The notes: generated by a model from the sequence alone, not told the origin. A DNA stretch of 62,903 nucleotides, filler included, from Basidiobolus ranarum (GCA_040143965.1; 30 parts of 30 records of this genome joined end to end with filler, not necessarily neighbours in it); one strand, 5' to 3'. Counted from the first letter of the whole stretch, positions 23,912-36,592 are shown. Numbers and translations are program-made.

Positions 23912-26900
23912 TAAGATAAGCAAGCAGTTGTCAATTCTTGATATTCTTCTGCTACCTTATTGTACTTTGCTCTTCTAAATGAGAGTTCCTTTCGGAAGTT
24001 TAGTGTAAGCCGGATTTACTCTCTTCAATATTTTTCTAACTCGTCTTGTTACTTTTATTTTAAACAAGACTTACCAACTTGTTTATTATATAAATAAAGG
24101 TTTTCATGGTCTTGATGTTAAATGAATACCAAAGTGCATATTGTGATATCAAATTAAAGTATCTCTGGTTTAGGTATCGATTGCAACTGATGTTTTGGAA
24201 TTAAGGTGTGGATATACTGAAAATAATTATCATGTATTTGATCTTAACGTCTCTCCAGACCTCGTGATTGGCTAGAGAAATCAGCCCCAATGATCCAATT
24301 GGCAGTGTAAATCACCTTCTGGTCACATCTGCGTCAAGGTAACAAAACAACATCTTCAGGGTTTTAGAGACCAACAAAGATCTCTAGAGAATGACTAACT
24401 GTTAATCACGTTGGATCCTACCAAAGGTATGGTTTCTTAAGTGAATTTACCTGATCTTGTTGTAGTGACTTTCTGTATCTCTCCAGTATTGTTAACAGTA
24501 GATATTTGATCTCTTACTGTTCAAGTGTCGGATACAAATATGATAGAAGGCAATTGCAAAATCTGGATCCCTCATATCGACGCATCGCGTAGTGGCACTG
24601 TTTTAGAGTGGTTTCTATCCATATCTAGTATAGTATATCCTAGGTGTCCTGGTCAAGTGTCCTGGTTGTAGCCAGTGGCTGGACATCTTAAATGTTCAGA
24701 AACATGCCTGGGTATATATAGATTCCATACAGATCGTTGTTTTAGAGTGGAAATTCTGTAAATGCCGACAGTGGCTTAGTCGTGATTGTTTCTCCTCGCA
24801 TAAACCTTCCTGCTTCTTTCGGCGATTCATGCTGACACTTTTGCTGTATATTCCCTTGCAATTTGGCCCAATTTTCCCGATTATCCGCTATTGTCAGTTA
24901 TGAATCAGATGTAGAGGCTATACCTGGATACGAGACTCCCGCTACATACTGGTCAGCAGTTGTCTTTTATTGTGACTTTCTTGGTATGCAAACATGCCAT
25001 AATGAAAGAGTATTCATCTTCCCATTGTGGGACCAAGATGCTCATTGTGTAGCTAAAGTAATAGACACCGGTGTAAATTGTTGCCGCGGAGACGTTTGAT
25101 GAAGGAGGGCCTGTATTGCGCGTATTTTGCAAGTACGATTGGAAATCAGGAGTCNNNNNNNNNNNNNNNNNNNNNNNNNNNNNNNNNNNNNNNNNNNNTT
25201 AATTAATTAANNNNNNNNNNNNNNNNNNNNNNNNNNNNNNNNNNNNNNNNNNNNCCCTTGCCATACCCACAAATGTAGATTCTATATAGCAACATCAGAT
25301 CCTTAACCTGGAAAAATTTATAGCTCAGCCTGCGTGCGTCACCAGTAATAGCCCATAGTTTTAGCACAGGATATAGAGGCAACGTGCTCAAGAATGACTC
25401 CAATGATATATGTTATATCTCTACAGCAAAATGTAGCTTTTGCAAAACCTTGTTGTATCTTCAAAAATAAAGATAAGTAAGTTTCGTGTCTATCATATAT
25501 AACATAATTGAACTTTGTGAGAAAACTGTACCTAGATACAACGGGTGGAAAATATTCAACACAAGAGCAATTTACTGACTTAATGATTAACCGAGTCCGT
25601 GATTATAGTTGAATATCATTTCGATCAACAGAAAGTAATACTTGCAGATAATAGTAAAGTTTGTGCATCCAATAACAGCAAGTTCAGATTGAAGTGTCGA
25701 AGTAGTAACAGGATCTACTTTGTCAAGACTGGAGTTAGGTAATGCTCAGAGAAAACAAGTAAAGTCTCTATAAGGGGAATTGTGCATATTCGTACCATTC
25801 ATTCAGTCGGATATGCTTTTGTACACACGCTACGATCCAACATATTGTAGATTTCATTTCTTCATAGCAAACCTTTCTACGATAAGTTATTCTTGATAAC
25901 AGGTACACAACTCATTTAGCTATATTGGTAAAGAGTTTGTTTCAAATTGTGGAGAAATTTGCAAGGATTGGAAGAACCTATCCATTAGGTTTAATTGGTC
26001 AGAAAAACCTGGGGCACTTGGCAAAAGTCTAATAACTCAAGATACTCTCACTCTTCTAATCGAAGCTAGATGAAATATGCTGGATAGTTAGATATTCATA
26101 CCTTTGAGAAACTGTAAATACTCCATCGGTAAGTAATTGTCGGAAGCAAATCTTCAAGGCTTTGTGGCGTTGACCATCGCTCATATGGAAGTGATTCAGC
26201 CTTCACCGCGTCACTCACGGTACAATCCAACATCCAGACTATAACACGGTTAATCCATTAGGTGTATATCTTTTTAAGGGGTATGAACAAGGTGCATATG
26301 AATCTGACCTTTCCGTTACTTGAAGAACCATTCAATTATTCATTTCTATAATATGATTAGAGTTGGTGATGCTTACGAAAATGCACTATTTTGACCACAG
26401 AACTTATAGAAGAGCAAATACGTGGCCGTTACTATTGGTAGCTTTATAAGGGTTACTGTTGAGCATGTCAGCCAAAAGAAAAGCACATCTTATGGAAATA
26501 TTCTCACCTGTCTCTTTCAAGATTTGCTTGATGTACTCAGATCTGAAAAGGGACTTCATAACTGTGACTGAGATCATCAATACCATCACTCCACTTTGTA
26601 CCATCACCCCGAATTTTCCTCTGATGTACTTAATATCTTCAATACGTTTTGCACCAACCTCATACTAAAGCCACACTTCAAAGGATACAATACGGATGTG
26701 AGTAACAACCTTAGGTGCTCTTTCAACGGCGAATTGATGGATGGTATGTTGCAGAGAAACAAAAGCGGCTGATTGAGTATTTCAAGCATTGACCACTTTG
26801 CCAACATTTGTAATATGAGTCTCAATTTTCAGGTTGATTCATGTGTTTCCAATAATTCAAATCAACCCTCCACTTAGCAATAGTATAATCCATATCCTTC

Positions 26901-27355
26901 ATTACTTCCCTACATTCAGTATTAAAATTGCTAAAGAGAGGATGCATTGGACTACACTTGCCACTCTTTGCATGTCATCTTTCAATATCTAAATATGCTC
27001 TTTGATTTGATCAATATTAAGCTTGTAAAGATCAGCGTGGGTAATTGTAAGAAGCAACTCAATATAAGCATGCTTCTGACAAACAGAGATTTATGCTGAG
27101 TTTCTCTCCATTTTCCTCCAAATATTACACTATAGAAATAACTTATGTAAGTTGTATATACTAAACAAGATCATTTGAGGATATGTAGAAATATTTGAAT
27201 ATTAGGTGGAATTCTGTACAATGAAAGTACACGTTCCCAGAAAAAAAATTCATATNNNNNNNNNNNNNNNNNNNNNNNNNNNNNNNNNNNNNNNNNNNNT
27301 TAATTAATTAANNNNNNNNNNNNNNNNNNNNNNNNNNNNNNNNNNNNNNNNNNNN

Positions 27356-27438
27356 GATATTGTGACGGTTCTCTGACGGTTTTGCTATTTCGGAGGGTGG
27401 ATCCGATCCGGATCAAATCGATTTTATTTTTGTTAGGG
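27356..27438 (+). mobile_element. CACTA-like right terminus (least decayed copy), inserted in LTR B
   Basis: GACGG repeats, then GGATCCGATCCGGATCAAATCGATTTT...TTTTGTTAGGG. Confidence 0.85.
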
Positions 27439-27514
27439 GAAAAACACCAATTTCTCTAATTCTTCAAATCACTTCCAATAGGCTCCCAAATACTTCAACA
27501 GGTTATGAGCCCTG
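27439..27514 (+). mobile_element. LTR family B 3' end plus PBS GGTTATGAGCCCTG (27501-27514)
   Basis: CTTCAACA directly followed by the complement of the tRNA-iMet anticodon arm CAGGGCUCAUAACC. Confidence 0.85.
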
Positions 27515-27531
27515 ACCTCGCACTCTTTGCT

Positions 27532-29356
27532 ATGTGTACTTCTCAAATTTATGGAGCTTTTCCCTCTTCTGAAAAATTAGATGGAACCAATTATCAAGTT
27601 TGGAAAATTAACATGAAGATGCTGCTGTAAGAAAAAGGACTTTGGGACACTGTTGTAGGAGAACAAAACAATGCAAAACTATCTGAAACCAAAGTTTTAC
27701 TCCAGGTTAAAACAGAACAAATTGCTAATTCAATGTCAAAGAGCTAAAACTACCAAGAAGGTATGAAAAGCCTTGAACAACATCTACCAAACATGTTCTG
27801 CTGTCAGCACAATATTTCTAAGAAGACAATTCTTTAACTTAAAGATGAAGCCAGGAGCAGACATTAAATCACTAATTAACAAAGTCACTATTTTAGGAGA
27901 TGAACTGAAATGCATTGGAGTACCTACTATTGATCAAGATATCATAGTAACAGTTCTGAATAGCCTGCCACACAAGTTTCATAGCCTAGTAATGGCTCTA
28001 GAATCAAGAACTGAAAATTTGACTTTAAATTATGTATATGTCAGACTTCGGGATCAAGATTTATGTAAATTAGGATTAAACCAAACGAATGAGGAAAATG
28101 CTTTAATAGACCATGGGAAACCTTCCTATAAAGGTAAACAGCACTTTAAGAAGAAAAGTAACACATTCTGTGATAACTGTAAAAGAACTGGCCATTTAAG
28201 CAAAGTTTGATTTAAAAGAATTGCAATAGAAGAAAAACATACTGAATCTGGAAATGTGGCTAGAACTGAAAATCACTTGTTCATATCTGCCCTATCTATG
28301 ACTACCAACAAGGATTCTCAGGTGTGGTATATTGATTCTTGAGTCTCCCAATATTTCACAAAACAAAATCATTGGTTTGTGAGTTATGAAACAATCTCAA
28401 TTAGAAAGTTTTCATGGGAGATGACTGCACATTGGATGCTATTGGAATGGGAACAATTCAAGTCAATTTAAGTGGAGCTTCTGAAGAGAAAGTGTTTGCT
28501 TTTAAGGATGTATTACATGTTCCAGATATTGCCAAGAATCTAATATCTGTGTGCAAGGCCAGCTCAGAAGGGCTAAGATTCAATTTTGATAAGTTGGGAT
28601 GCACCATCACTGATCAAAATTATTTAGCGTTGGGAGAAAAGGATCAGAACTTATACAAACTTACATATAATCCATGAGGTTTATGTGTAAATATAAGTTA
28701 TTCCAATCAAAAAGCTATTCAATTATGGCATAAGAGATTTGGCCATATTTGATTTGATTATTTGAGAAAAATGATCAAAAATTGCCTAATTTCTGGAATT
28801 CAAATTAACCCCCCAACCAACATGGAAATTTGTGAGGATTGTATATATGGAAAACAAGCCAGGCAACCATTCAAGAGCTCTGGTTTAACCAAATCTGTGA
28901 AAAAGTTGGATCTAATTCATTCAGATTTATGTGGACCTATGCAAAATTTATCTTTAGGTGGGATAAAATATTTAATCACATTAATTGAACATATATAAGA
29001 TACACTTAAGTCTACTTCATAGAAAGAAAAGAAGAAACTCTCTCTATCTTTGGAGATTTTAAAACACTTGTGGAGACTGAAACTGGAACTAAAGTCAAGA
29101 AAATGCATACTGATAATGGTGGAGAATAAACTTCAACACTATTTAGGCACTTTTGCAAAGTGCATGCAATCAAGCAAGACACTACTGCCCCCTATTCACC
29201 TTAATAAAGTGGACTTACTGAAAGAGCTAACAGGACTATAATAGAAATGGCAAGATCTTTGATAAATGCACAAAGTGTATCTCATAACTTTTGGGTGGAA
29301 TCTGTTGCTACAGCTATATATCTGAAGAATAGGAGTTTTACTAGAAGTCTGTCTAA
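27532..29356 (+). pseudogene. Ty1/copia gag-protease-integrase, degenerate
   Basis: KLDGTNYQVWK, LNSLP..F..LV.ALE, CDNCKRTGH knuckle, WYIDS, CEDCIYGKQ, LDLIHSDLCGP. Confidence 0.93.
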
Positions 29357-30149
29357 NNNNNNNNNNNNNNNNNNNNNNNNNNNNNNNNNNNNNNNNNNNN
29401 TTAATTAATTAANNNNNNNNNNNNNNNNNNNNNNNNNNNNNNNNNNNNNNNNNNNNATTCCCATTCTCATTCCAACATTTCTTTACTCTCTTTTGTAGCT
29501 ATAATATAGTAATTGGATCAACATACCCAATTGTGTTTTATGGATGGTTTACAATCTTCAATAACATAGATTTTCTTTCAACTTTATTAAATCAAGTATG
29601 TCATGTAATAACTCCCCACTGGCTCAACTCATTCCTTTTACTAAAGTACAAGTAGGAAGGAGGGTAGTTTATTTAATTAAATTGGATATAAGCTCAATAC
29701 TAAAATCTAATTGACTTCATAACTAAAAATCATTTATGCATGGAGTTTAAAGATGGTTAAATTACTTTAGGGTGGAGTCACGTGTACCCACATACCCTTG
29801 ATAGGATAGAGCCCATAGAAGACAAACCAATTGTGACGGTGTTTAAAGCATGGAATGAATGTATCAGTGAAAATCGATGGAGGAAAGATTATTGGTCAGA
29901 TGTATGAAATCCGAAACCAAGGATGTAGATTCATTCGAAAGATATACGTATAACAGGTTTACGTATACCATTCTAACTACCATTTACCATCCGGGACCAT
30001 CGCTGTAGTAATATAACGAGGCTGGGAGGATGAAAGAAAAAAAATGAATCTACCCCCCTCAAACCCAATCATCTCAAAGTAGTTAAACTTGATGACGTCC
30101 TCATGAGTAGAACGCGTAGTGTACTAATAATAAAGGAGAGTAAGAATGG

Positions 30150-30156
30150 TATAAAA
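30150..30156 (+). promoter_or_regulatory. Probable TATA box of the aldolase gene
   Basis: TATAAAA about 70 bp upstream of the ATG. Confidence 0.45.
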
Positions 30157-30222
30157 TGAGCTTGGTATGAGAAGAAAGCAATAATCTCCCAAACAATCAC
30201 GACATCCAAATAAATTTTCACT

Positions 30223-31299
30223 ATGGGTATTCTTGACCTCGTTCCACCTGGTGTTGTCACTGGAGATAACCTTCGAAAGATATTAGCATACGCTAGTGAG
30301 CATCAATTTGCCATCCCTGCTGTGAATTGTACCTCCTCTAGTACCATCAATGCAGTCTTGGAAGCGGCTAGAGATATCAAGGCACCGGTGATCGTACAAT
30401 TCTCCAATGGTGGTGCTGCTTATTACGCAGGTAAAGGGATAAGTAATGAAGGTCAAAGGGCCTCTATCTTAGGTGCTATCGCCGGTGCACATCATGTTCG
30501 TACTGTTGCCAAAGAGTATGGTATACCGGTAATACTTCACTCTGATCATTGTGCGAAGAAATTATTACCCTGGTTTGATGGAATGTTAAAAGCGGATGAA
30601 GCCTATTTCAAACAACATGGTGAACCACTCTTCTCCTCTCATATGTTAGATCTATCCGAAGAACCCAAAGAAGAGAATATCAAGATTTGTATGGATTATT
30701 TGAAGAGAATGGCACCCATGGGATGTCTTTTAGAAATGGAAATTGGTATCACCGGTGGTGAAGAAGATGGTGTTGATAATAGTGGTGTAGATAATGCTTC
30801 CTTATTCACCCAACCCGAAGATATTTGGGATGTTTATAGGAATTTCAGTACTATCACCGATTTATTCACTATTGCTGCCGCTTTCGGTAACGTACATGGT
30901 GTTTATAAACCAGGTAATGTTGTATTGGAACCACAACTTCTGGGTAAACATCAAGTCTACGTCCAGGAGAAACTCGGTTCTAAAAGTAATAAACCAGTTT
31001 GGTTCGTATTCCACGGTGGTTCTGGTTCAACTGAACAAGAGATTCAAACTGCCGTATCTTATGGTGTTATAAAGATGAATGTCGATACCGATACTCAATG
31101 GGCATATTGGGAAGGTTTAAAGAATTATTACGAATCGAAGAAAGGTTATCTACAACATCAAATTGGTAACCCTGATGGTGCTGATAAACCGAACAAGAAA
31201 TATTATGATCCCAGAGTGTTTGTACGTGAATCCGAGAAGACCATGATAAAGAGAGTACAAGAAGCATGTAAAGCCCTCAACAATGTAAACACCCTGTAG
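30223..31299 (+). CDS. FBA1: Fructose-bisphosphate aldolase class II, 358 aa, intronless
   Basis: Complete ORF; HSDHCAKKLLPWFDG, FSSHMLDLSEE, EIGITGGEEDG, GNVHGVYKPGNV, VFHGGSGS, KMNVDTD, PNKKYYDPR. Confidence 0.98.
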   Translation: MGILDLVPPGVVTGDNLRKILAYASEHQFAIPAVNCTSSSTINAVLEAARDIKAPVIVQFSNGGAAYYAGKGISNEGQRASILGAIAGAHHVRTVAKEYGIPVILHSDHCAKKLLPWFDGMLKADEAYFKQHGEPLFSSHMLDLSEEPKEENIKICMDYLKRMAPMGCLLEMEIGITGGEEDGVDNSGVDNASLFTQPEDIWDVYRNFSTITDLFTIAAAFGNVHGVYKPGNVVLEPQLLGKHQVYVQEKLGSKSNKPVWFVFHGGSGSTEQEIQTAVSYGVIKMNVDTDTQWAYWEGLKNYYESKKGYLQHQIGNPDGADKPNKKYYDPRVFVRESEKTMIKRVQEACKALNNVNTL

Positions 31300-31558
31300 A
31301 TTCTCCCCTCCCCCTTCTTCGCAATTTCTTGTAGGAAATAAAGTGTTCATTCTATTTTAGCTTGAAAATCATGCTATTTGCTTTTTAATATTTGGGTATT
31401 GTTAATAAATTGGCATGATTTATGTACATTGGGATATTAACATGTTGAAGTGAAATNNNNNNNNNNNNNNNNNNNNNNNNNNNNNNNNNNNNNNNNNNNN
31501 TTAATTAATTAANNNNNNNNNNNNNNNNNNNNNNNNNNNNNNNNNNNNNNNNNNNNGA

Positions 31559-33556
31559 GGTGATGAACTGGAGCGGCGTATCTCGAATCGGATGATGAGT
31601 GAAAAGGAGCTGCTAGTTGATCCAGCCTTTTTCTTCGCACTGAAAGAAGAAATCCCAGAGATAGCACATGTAGAGATTTTAACCAAAACTGGTCGTAGTC
31701 TCAATGAACTGACTCAATACCGCTACCAAGTGATTATTCGAGTTGGGGCTAGTGAAGATAGCCAAGTGATTGAGGACTGGGTGGACTATCAGACATCTGA
31801 TATTACTTTGGATTATATCAAGCAGACTCTTAAAAGCGGACAGAAGGAGTATTTCGCCCTTGAAAATGTCATTAATAGACGATTGATAAAGGAGGTTACT
31901 TTAGTCAAGCTCTTGGAATCGCACCAATCACAAAATTGGTCGGTCGCAAAAATTAAAGCTTTACAAAACGAGATGGTACTCGCAGGTGTAGAAGTTGAGG
32001 ATCTTTTGGTTTTGAGTGAGGAAACAGATTATAATGTGGATATAAGTTGGAATCGCCAGAAAAATGATGGATGTCTGGATGTAATCTTCTTTAAAAGAGA
32101 GTTACCTGCTTCAGCGAAATACCGCTTCAAAGAGCCAAACTACAGCGTATGGAAATGGCGATCATATGGAAATAACCCAATGCATGAGACTGTAAACAAG
32201 ATGTTTGTTCCACATTTGCGTGAGCATCTCCGTACAGTATTACCAAAATTTATGATACCTAGCGCCATTATCATTTTGGAATCGTTGCCACTTATGCAAA
32301 ATGGCAAAATTAATCGTGGAGCATTACCGGCTCCTACTTCTCTTCACACAGGCGTTACCGTAGATTATGTAGAGCCAAGAAACATACTTGAAGAGACTCT
32401 TGGAGGTATATTTGCGGAAGTACTTGGATTCAAACGAGTCGGTATTCATGATAATTTCTTTGACATGGGTGGCCACTCTTTATCTGCAACTAGAGTGATG
32501 TCACGTATTCGAGTTGTATTGGGGCAAGAAGTACCGTTAAAAATGCTGTTTGAGGCTCCGAGTATTGCATCTCTGAGCGAAAGATTAGAGTCTACTATTA
32601 ATAAGATCAACGTAGCCGACAATACTATACCAGTGTTGAACAAACTGGCTAATCGAAATCACTTACCATTGTCTTTTGCACAAGAAAGACTTTGGTTTAT
32701 GAATGAACTGCTCCCTAACAGTAGTATTTACAATATACCATTTGCTTTGACACTTTTAGGCGAGCTAAACGTTGATGCGCTGAAGAAATCTATACTTGAT
32801 ATTATCGTTCGACACGAAGCGTTACGAACAACATTCGTAATGTTGAATAACGAGCCAGTTCAAACTTTCAGAGCAGCCTCAAGTTTTTCAACCTCACTCA
32901 TCCAAGACGTTGATGGAGCAGATGATCCAGAGCTTGTCAAAGCAATATTTGCTGAAGAGTCTAGAAAGCCATTCGATTTAGCAATTGGGCCACTGATTAG
33001 AGTAAAAATAATACGCATTAGCCGCGAAAAACATGTGCTTATAGTCGTAACTCATCATATTGTGTCTGATGGTTGGTCAGTTGCTGTCTTACAAAAAGAG
33101 CTATCAGCATTATATGAATCAAATTCCCTAGGAAAACCATCTCCGTTATCTGACCCTGTGATTCAATATGCTGATTTTGCTGTATGGCAACGACAATGGC
33201 TACAAGGTGATAACCTTGACATACAGATGAGATATTGGAAGGAGCAGCTGAGTGACTTTAATACATTAGAATTACCCACTGACTTTGTCCGACCAGCTGT
33301 ACTCAGTTATCAAGCAAATATTCAGGAGATGAACTTCTCTTCGGCGTTAACTAATCAGTTAAAAGAGCTGAGCAAGCTTGAGACTTCTACCTTGTACATG
33401 ACCCTGTTGACAGCATTTGAGATATTGCTTTTCAAATACACTGGACAGGAAGACATTGCCATCGGCTCTCCTATTGCTAATCGTAATCGTGAAGAGATAG
33501 AAGCACTAATCGGGTTCTTTGTCAACACTCAAGTGATTCGGGTTCAGGTGGATCGT
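31559..33556 (+). CDS. Non-ribosomal peptide synthetase, internal fragment: N-methyltransferase tail, A subdomain, PCP, condensation domain
   Basis: Open across the whole contig; ELLVDPAFF and NELTQYRY (embedded N-MT), NGKINR (A10), DNFFDMGGHSL (PCP Ser), LSFAQERLWF, HHIVSDGWS, IQYADFAVWQ, LIGFFVNT. Confidence 0.95.
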
Positions 33557-33656
33557 NNNNNNNNNNNNNNNNNNNNNNNNNNNNNNNNNNNNNNNNNNNN
33601 TTAATTAATTAANNNNNNNNNNNNNNNNNNNNNNNNNNNNNNNNNNNNNNNNNNNN

Positions 33657-34170
33657 AATAATGCATGCCAAATTTGAGGATCAATATTTTAACATGTATG
33701 AATACCATTAAGATACCATCAAGAAACCACCATCACACCATCAAAATCCCTGGCAGAATGCAAGCCAACAATATTGTGATGGTTCTCTGATGGTTTTGCT
33801 ATTTTGGAGGGTGGATCTGATCCAGATCAAATTGATTTTATTTTTGTTAGGGACTTGTGTTGGGCATGAGTTAAATCTTGGGCATGAAGAACTCTGTAAA
33901 AATATTCAAGAGAATATATTAAACAGACTAGGGATTTTGAAGGTGACAAAATAGCTTTCAAGTGGTAATTGTGTAAAATTTGAGTTACATTTTTCCCACA
34001 TGTGCTGATCCAAAGTTCTCTGAGATTGTAGCCAATCATGTGCAACTATTTGTGAGATCTTGAAATTTCACTCCTGAAGCTGAAAAAATTGATTAAAATC
34101 AAATCCAACATGATGAATTCATGATGGTAGGTAAACACTCAGTCCCAAATGGATTCAAATTATGATGCTT
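33657..34170. mobile_element. CACTA-like right end (33657-33852, +) inserted into a left arm (33853-34170, -)
   Basis: TTTTGTTAGGG joins directly to left-arm sequence homologous to 52798-53115. Confidence 0.8.
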
Positions 34171-34174
34171 TTAT

Positions 34175-35145
34175 TTGCTGAAGAAGAAAAAATTTCAATC
34201 AAAACAATCCAGGATCAAGCAAAACAACCAAAAATTGATGAAAATTCTTCTTTTTCTCACCAGATCCTGATCAGTGTGAAAAATATTGAAGATTCCTCAC
34301 CTGTAGTCTCCTCAACCAAGCCTGAGGTGATTTCATTGCCTCAATTGGTACCAGAATTTGTAGTGCCAATTTCCCATTTCAGGAGATCTAATTGGATGAG
34401 ATCTCCACCTGATTACTAAAGCCAGAGTTATGGCTAAAGAATACTCTCAAATGGTAGGAGTGGACTACAATGAAACATTTGCCCCTGTAGCAAAGTTTAA
34501 TTCCATCAGAACTGTACTAGCAGTAGCAGCAAAACAGGGCTTAAAATCCATCAAATGGATGTTAAAACTGCTTTTTGAATGGGGACTTGGAAGAGGATAT
34601 ATTCCTGGATCAACCAGATGGTTTTGTGAATCCTGAGCACCCTGAGAATGTGTGTAAGCATCAAAAATCACTTTATGGAATTAAACAATCAACCAGGGCC
34701 TGGTCCACTAAGATAGACACATACTTGTAATCACTGAATTTCCAAAAGAGTATGGTGCATTTTGGTATCTACTTTAAGACAGAGAAGGACAGTAAGGTGA
34801 TACTTGCCTTATGTGTAGATGATCTGGCTATAGCTACCAATAATGACAAAGCTCTCAGGAACACCAAAAGAAATCTATCAGTCCAATTCAGGATGACCAA
34901 TTCAGGTGAACTTACATATTTTTTAGGCCTGCAGACCCATACAGATATATAGAGCGAATCTATTATCCTGAATCAATCAAAATACATCTCAGACATTCTC
35001 AGACATTACAGGATGGAGAATTGTAAGCCAGTAGCAACTCCCATGGATCCAGATGTGAAACTAGTCAAAAATCACATCAAAAATGATGAAAATCATCCAA
35101 ATATGGCTCAAAATAGGTCATTTGAAAGCCCTGAGTTCCCTTGCC
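34175..35145 (+). pseudogene. Ty1/copia reverse transcriptase, degenerate
   Basis: [54 protein letters not shown]. Confidence 0.92.
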
Positions 35146-35521
35146 TATTGGGGAAATGTGGGCTGCTTGGATGAACTTTAGAAAAATGGAGTTGTGAATA
35201 GCTTTGCAAGATAATTATTTATTGTCCAGAATGAAAGCATCTATATATTTTGGTGGAAATACAGAAAACCAACACTGGGGTTGTGTTCAGAACATCCGTG
35301 GGAGTAAAATGAGCTATCTTTGGGGCAATTTGGACAAGTTTGAAATGACCAATATGAAATTGCTAATTATTACTTATTCATATATATATATAATATATGT
35401 TCCAATTTTTAGCTAAGTGATATTTGACTAAGTATTGTTAACTAACTTATATGTGATATATGATATAGTTAGGTGTATAAAATGGAGATAACAAATATAA
35501 TTAAGACAATAAACTTCAACA
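35146..35521 (-). mobile_element. LTR family A copy, no TSD
   Basis: Reverse complement of family A; flanks are unrelated to each other. Confidence 0.85.
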
Positions 35522-35655
35522 GTGATAAACTTGATCATAAAAGCTTAAGCAAATCAATTCAGTAGCCTTCTGCCTTCAACTCCCAGCCCATTCCAAAGTC
35601 CACAATGTATTCCATGTGTCTCTCTTAGAGCCACATGCCAGAAACACCTTCAGGG
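35522..35655 (+). pseudogene. Ty3/gypsy integrase C-terminal remnant
   Basis: KLDHK...VHNVFHVSLLEP. Confidence 0.7.
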
Positions 35656-35755
35656 NNNNNNNNNNNNNNNNNNNNNNNNNNNNNNNNNNNNNNNNNNNNT
35701 TAATTAATTAANNNNNNNNNNNNNNNNNNNNNNNNNNNNNNNNNNNNNNNNNNNN

Positions 35756-36592
35756 GATGAGGCTGTTGCCTACGGAGCTGCTGTTCAAGCAGCTATATTG
35801 TCTGGAGATACTTCCGAGAAGACCCAAGACTTACTCTTACTCGATGTCGCTCCACTCTCATTGGGTATTGAGACTGCTGGTGGAGTAATGACCCCATTGA
35901 TCAAGAGAAATACCACTGTTCCTACCAAGAAGTCCGAGACCTTCTCTACCTATGCTGATAATCAACCTGGCGTATTGATCCAAGTGTTTGAGGGTGAACG
36001 TGCCCGTACCAAGGACAATAATATTCTTGGCAAGTTCGAGCTCTCTGGAATTCCACCAGCCCCTCGTGGGGTTCCCCAAATTGAGGTTACTTTTGATGTT
36101 GACGCCAACGGTATCTTGAATGTATCTGCATTGGATAAAACTACTGGTCGTTCAAATAAGATCACCATTACCAACGATAAGGGCCGTCTTTCTAAAGAGG
36201 ATATTGAACGTATGGTCTCCGAAGCTGAAAAATATAAGGCTGAAGATGAAGAGGCAGCTTCTCGTATATCCGCTAAAAATGGACTTGAATCCTATACCTA
36301 CTCACTTCGTAACACCCTCCAAGATGAAAAGGTTGCTGGGAAATTAGATGCGAATGATAAGAAGAAACTTGAAGAAGCTATCAACAGTACTATCAGCTGG
36401 TTGGACGCAAGTCAAGAAGCTTCAAAGGAAGAATACGAAGAGAAGCAAAAAGAGTTGGAAGGCGTTGCTAATCCTATTATGGCCAAGATGTACCAGACTA
36501 CTGGTGAGGCCCCCGGTGGCTTCCCAGGAGCTGCTCCAGGAGGATTTCCAGATAGTGACAACAGTGAACCAACTGTTGAAGAGCTAGATTAA
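35756..36592 (+). CDS. HSP70: Cytosolic Hsp70 (SSA type), 5'-truncated
   Basis: [56 protein letters not shown] repeats; ends PTVEELD. Confidence 0.97.
   Translation, partial: DEAVAYGAAVQAAILSGDTSEKTQDLLLLDVAPLSLGIETAGGVMTPLIKRNTTVPTKKSETFSTYADNQPGVLIQVFEGERARTKDNNILGKFELSGIPPAPRGVPQIEVTFDVDANGILNVSALDKTTGRSNKITITNDKGRLSKEDIERMVSEAEKYKAEDEEAASRISAKNGLESYTYSLRNTLQDEKVAGKLDANDKKKLEEAINSTISWLDASQEASKEEYEEKQKELEGVANPIMAKMYQTTGEAPGGFPGAAPGGFPDSDNSEPTVEELD

Noticed and set aside
27431-27438. TTAGGG/CCCTAA as telomere or telomere-healing sites
   Set aside because: Single units only, always at the same position of a transposon end; no tandem telomeric array.
29778-29784. TCACGTG E-box upstream of aldolase
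   Set aside because: A single short motif; cannot be distinguished from chance without conservation data.
30794-36587. Short alternative-frame and antisense ORFs over FBA1, NRPS and Hsp70
   Set aside because: Shadows of well-supported genes, with no independent signals.
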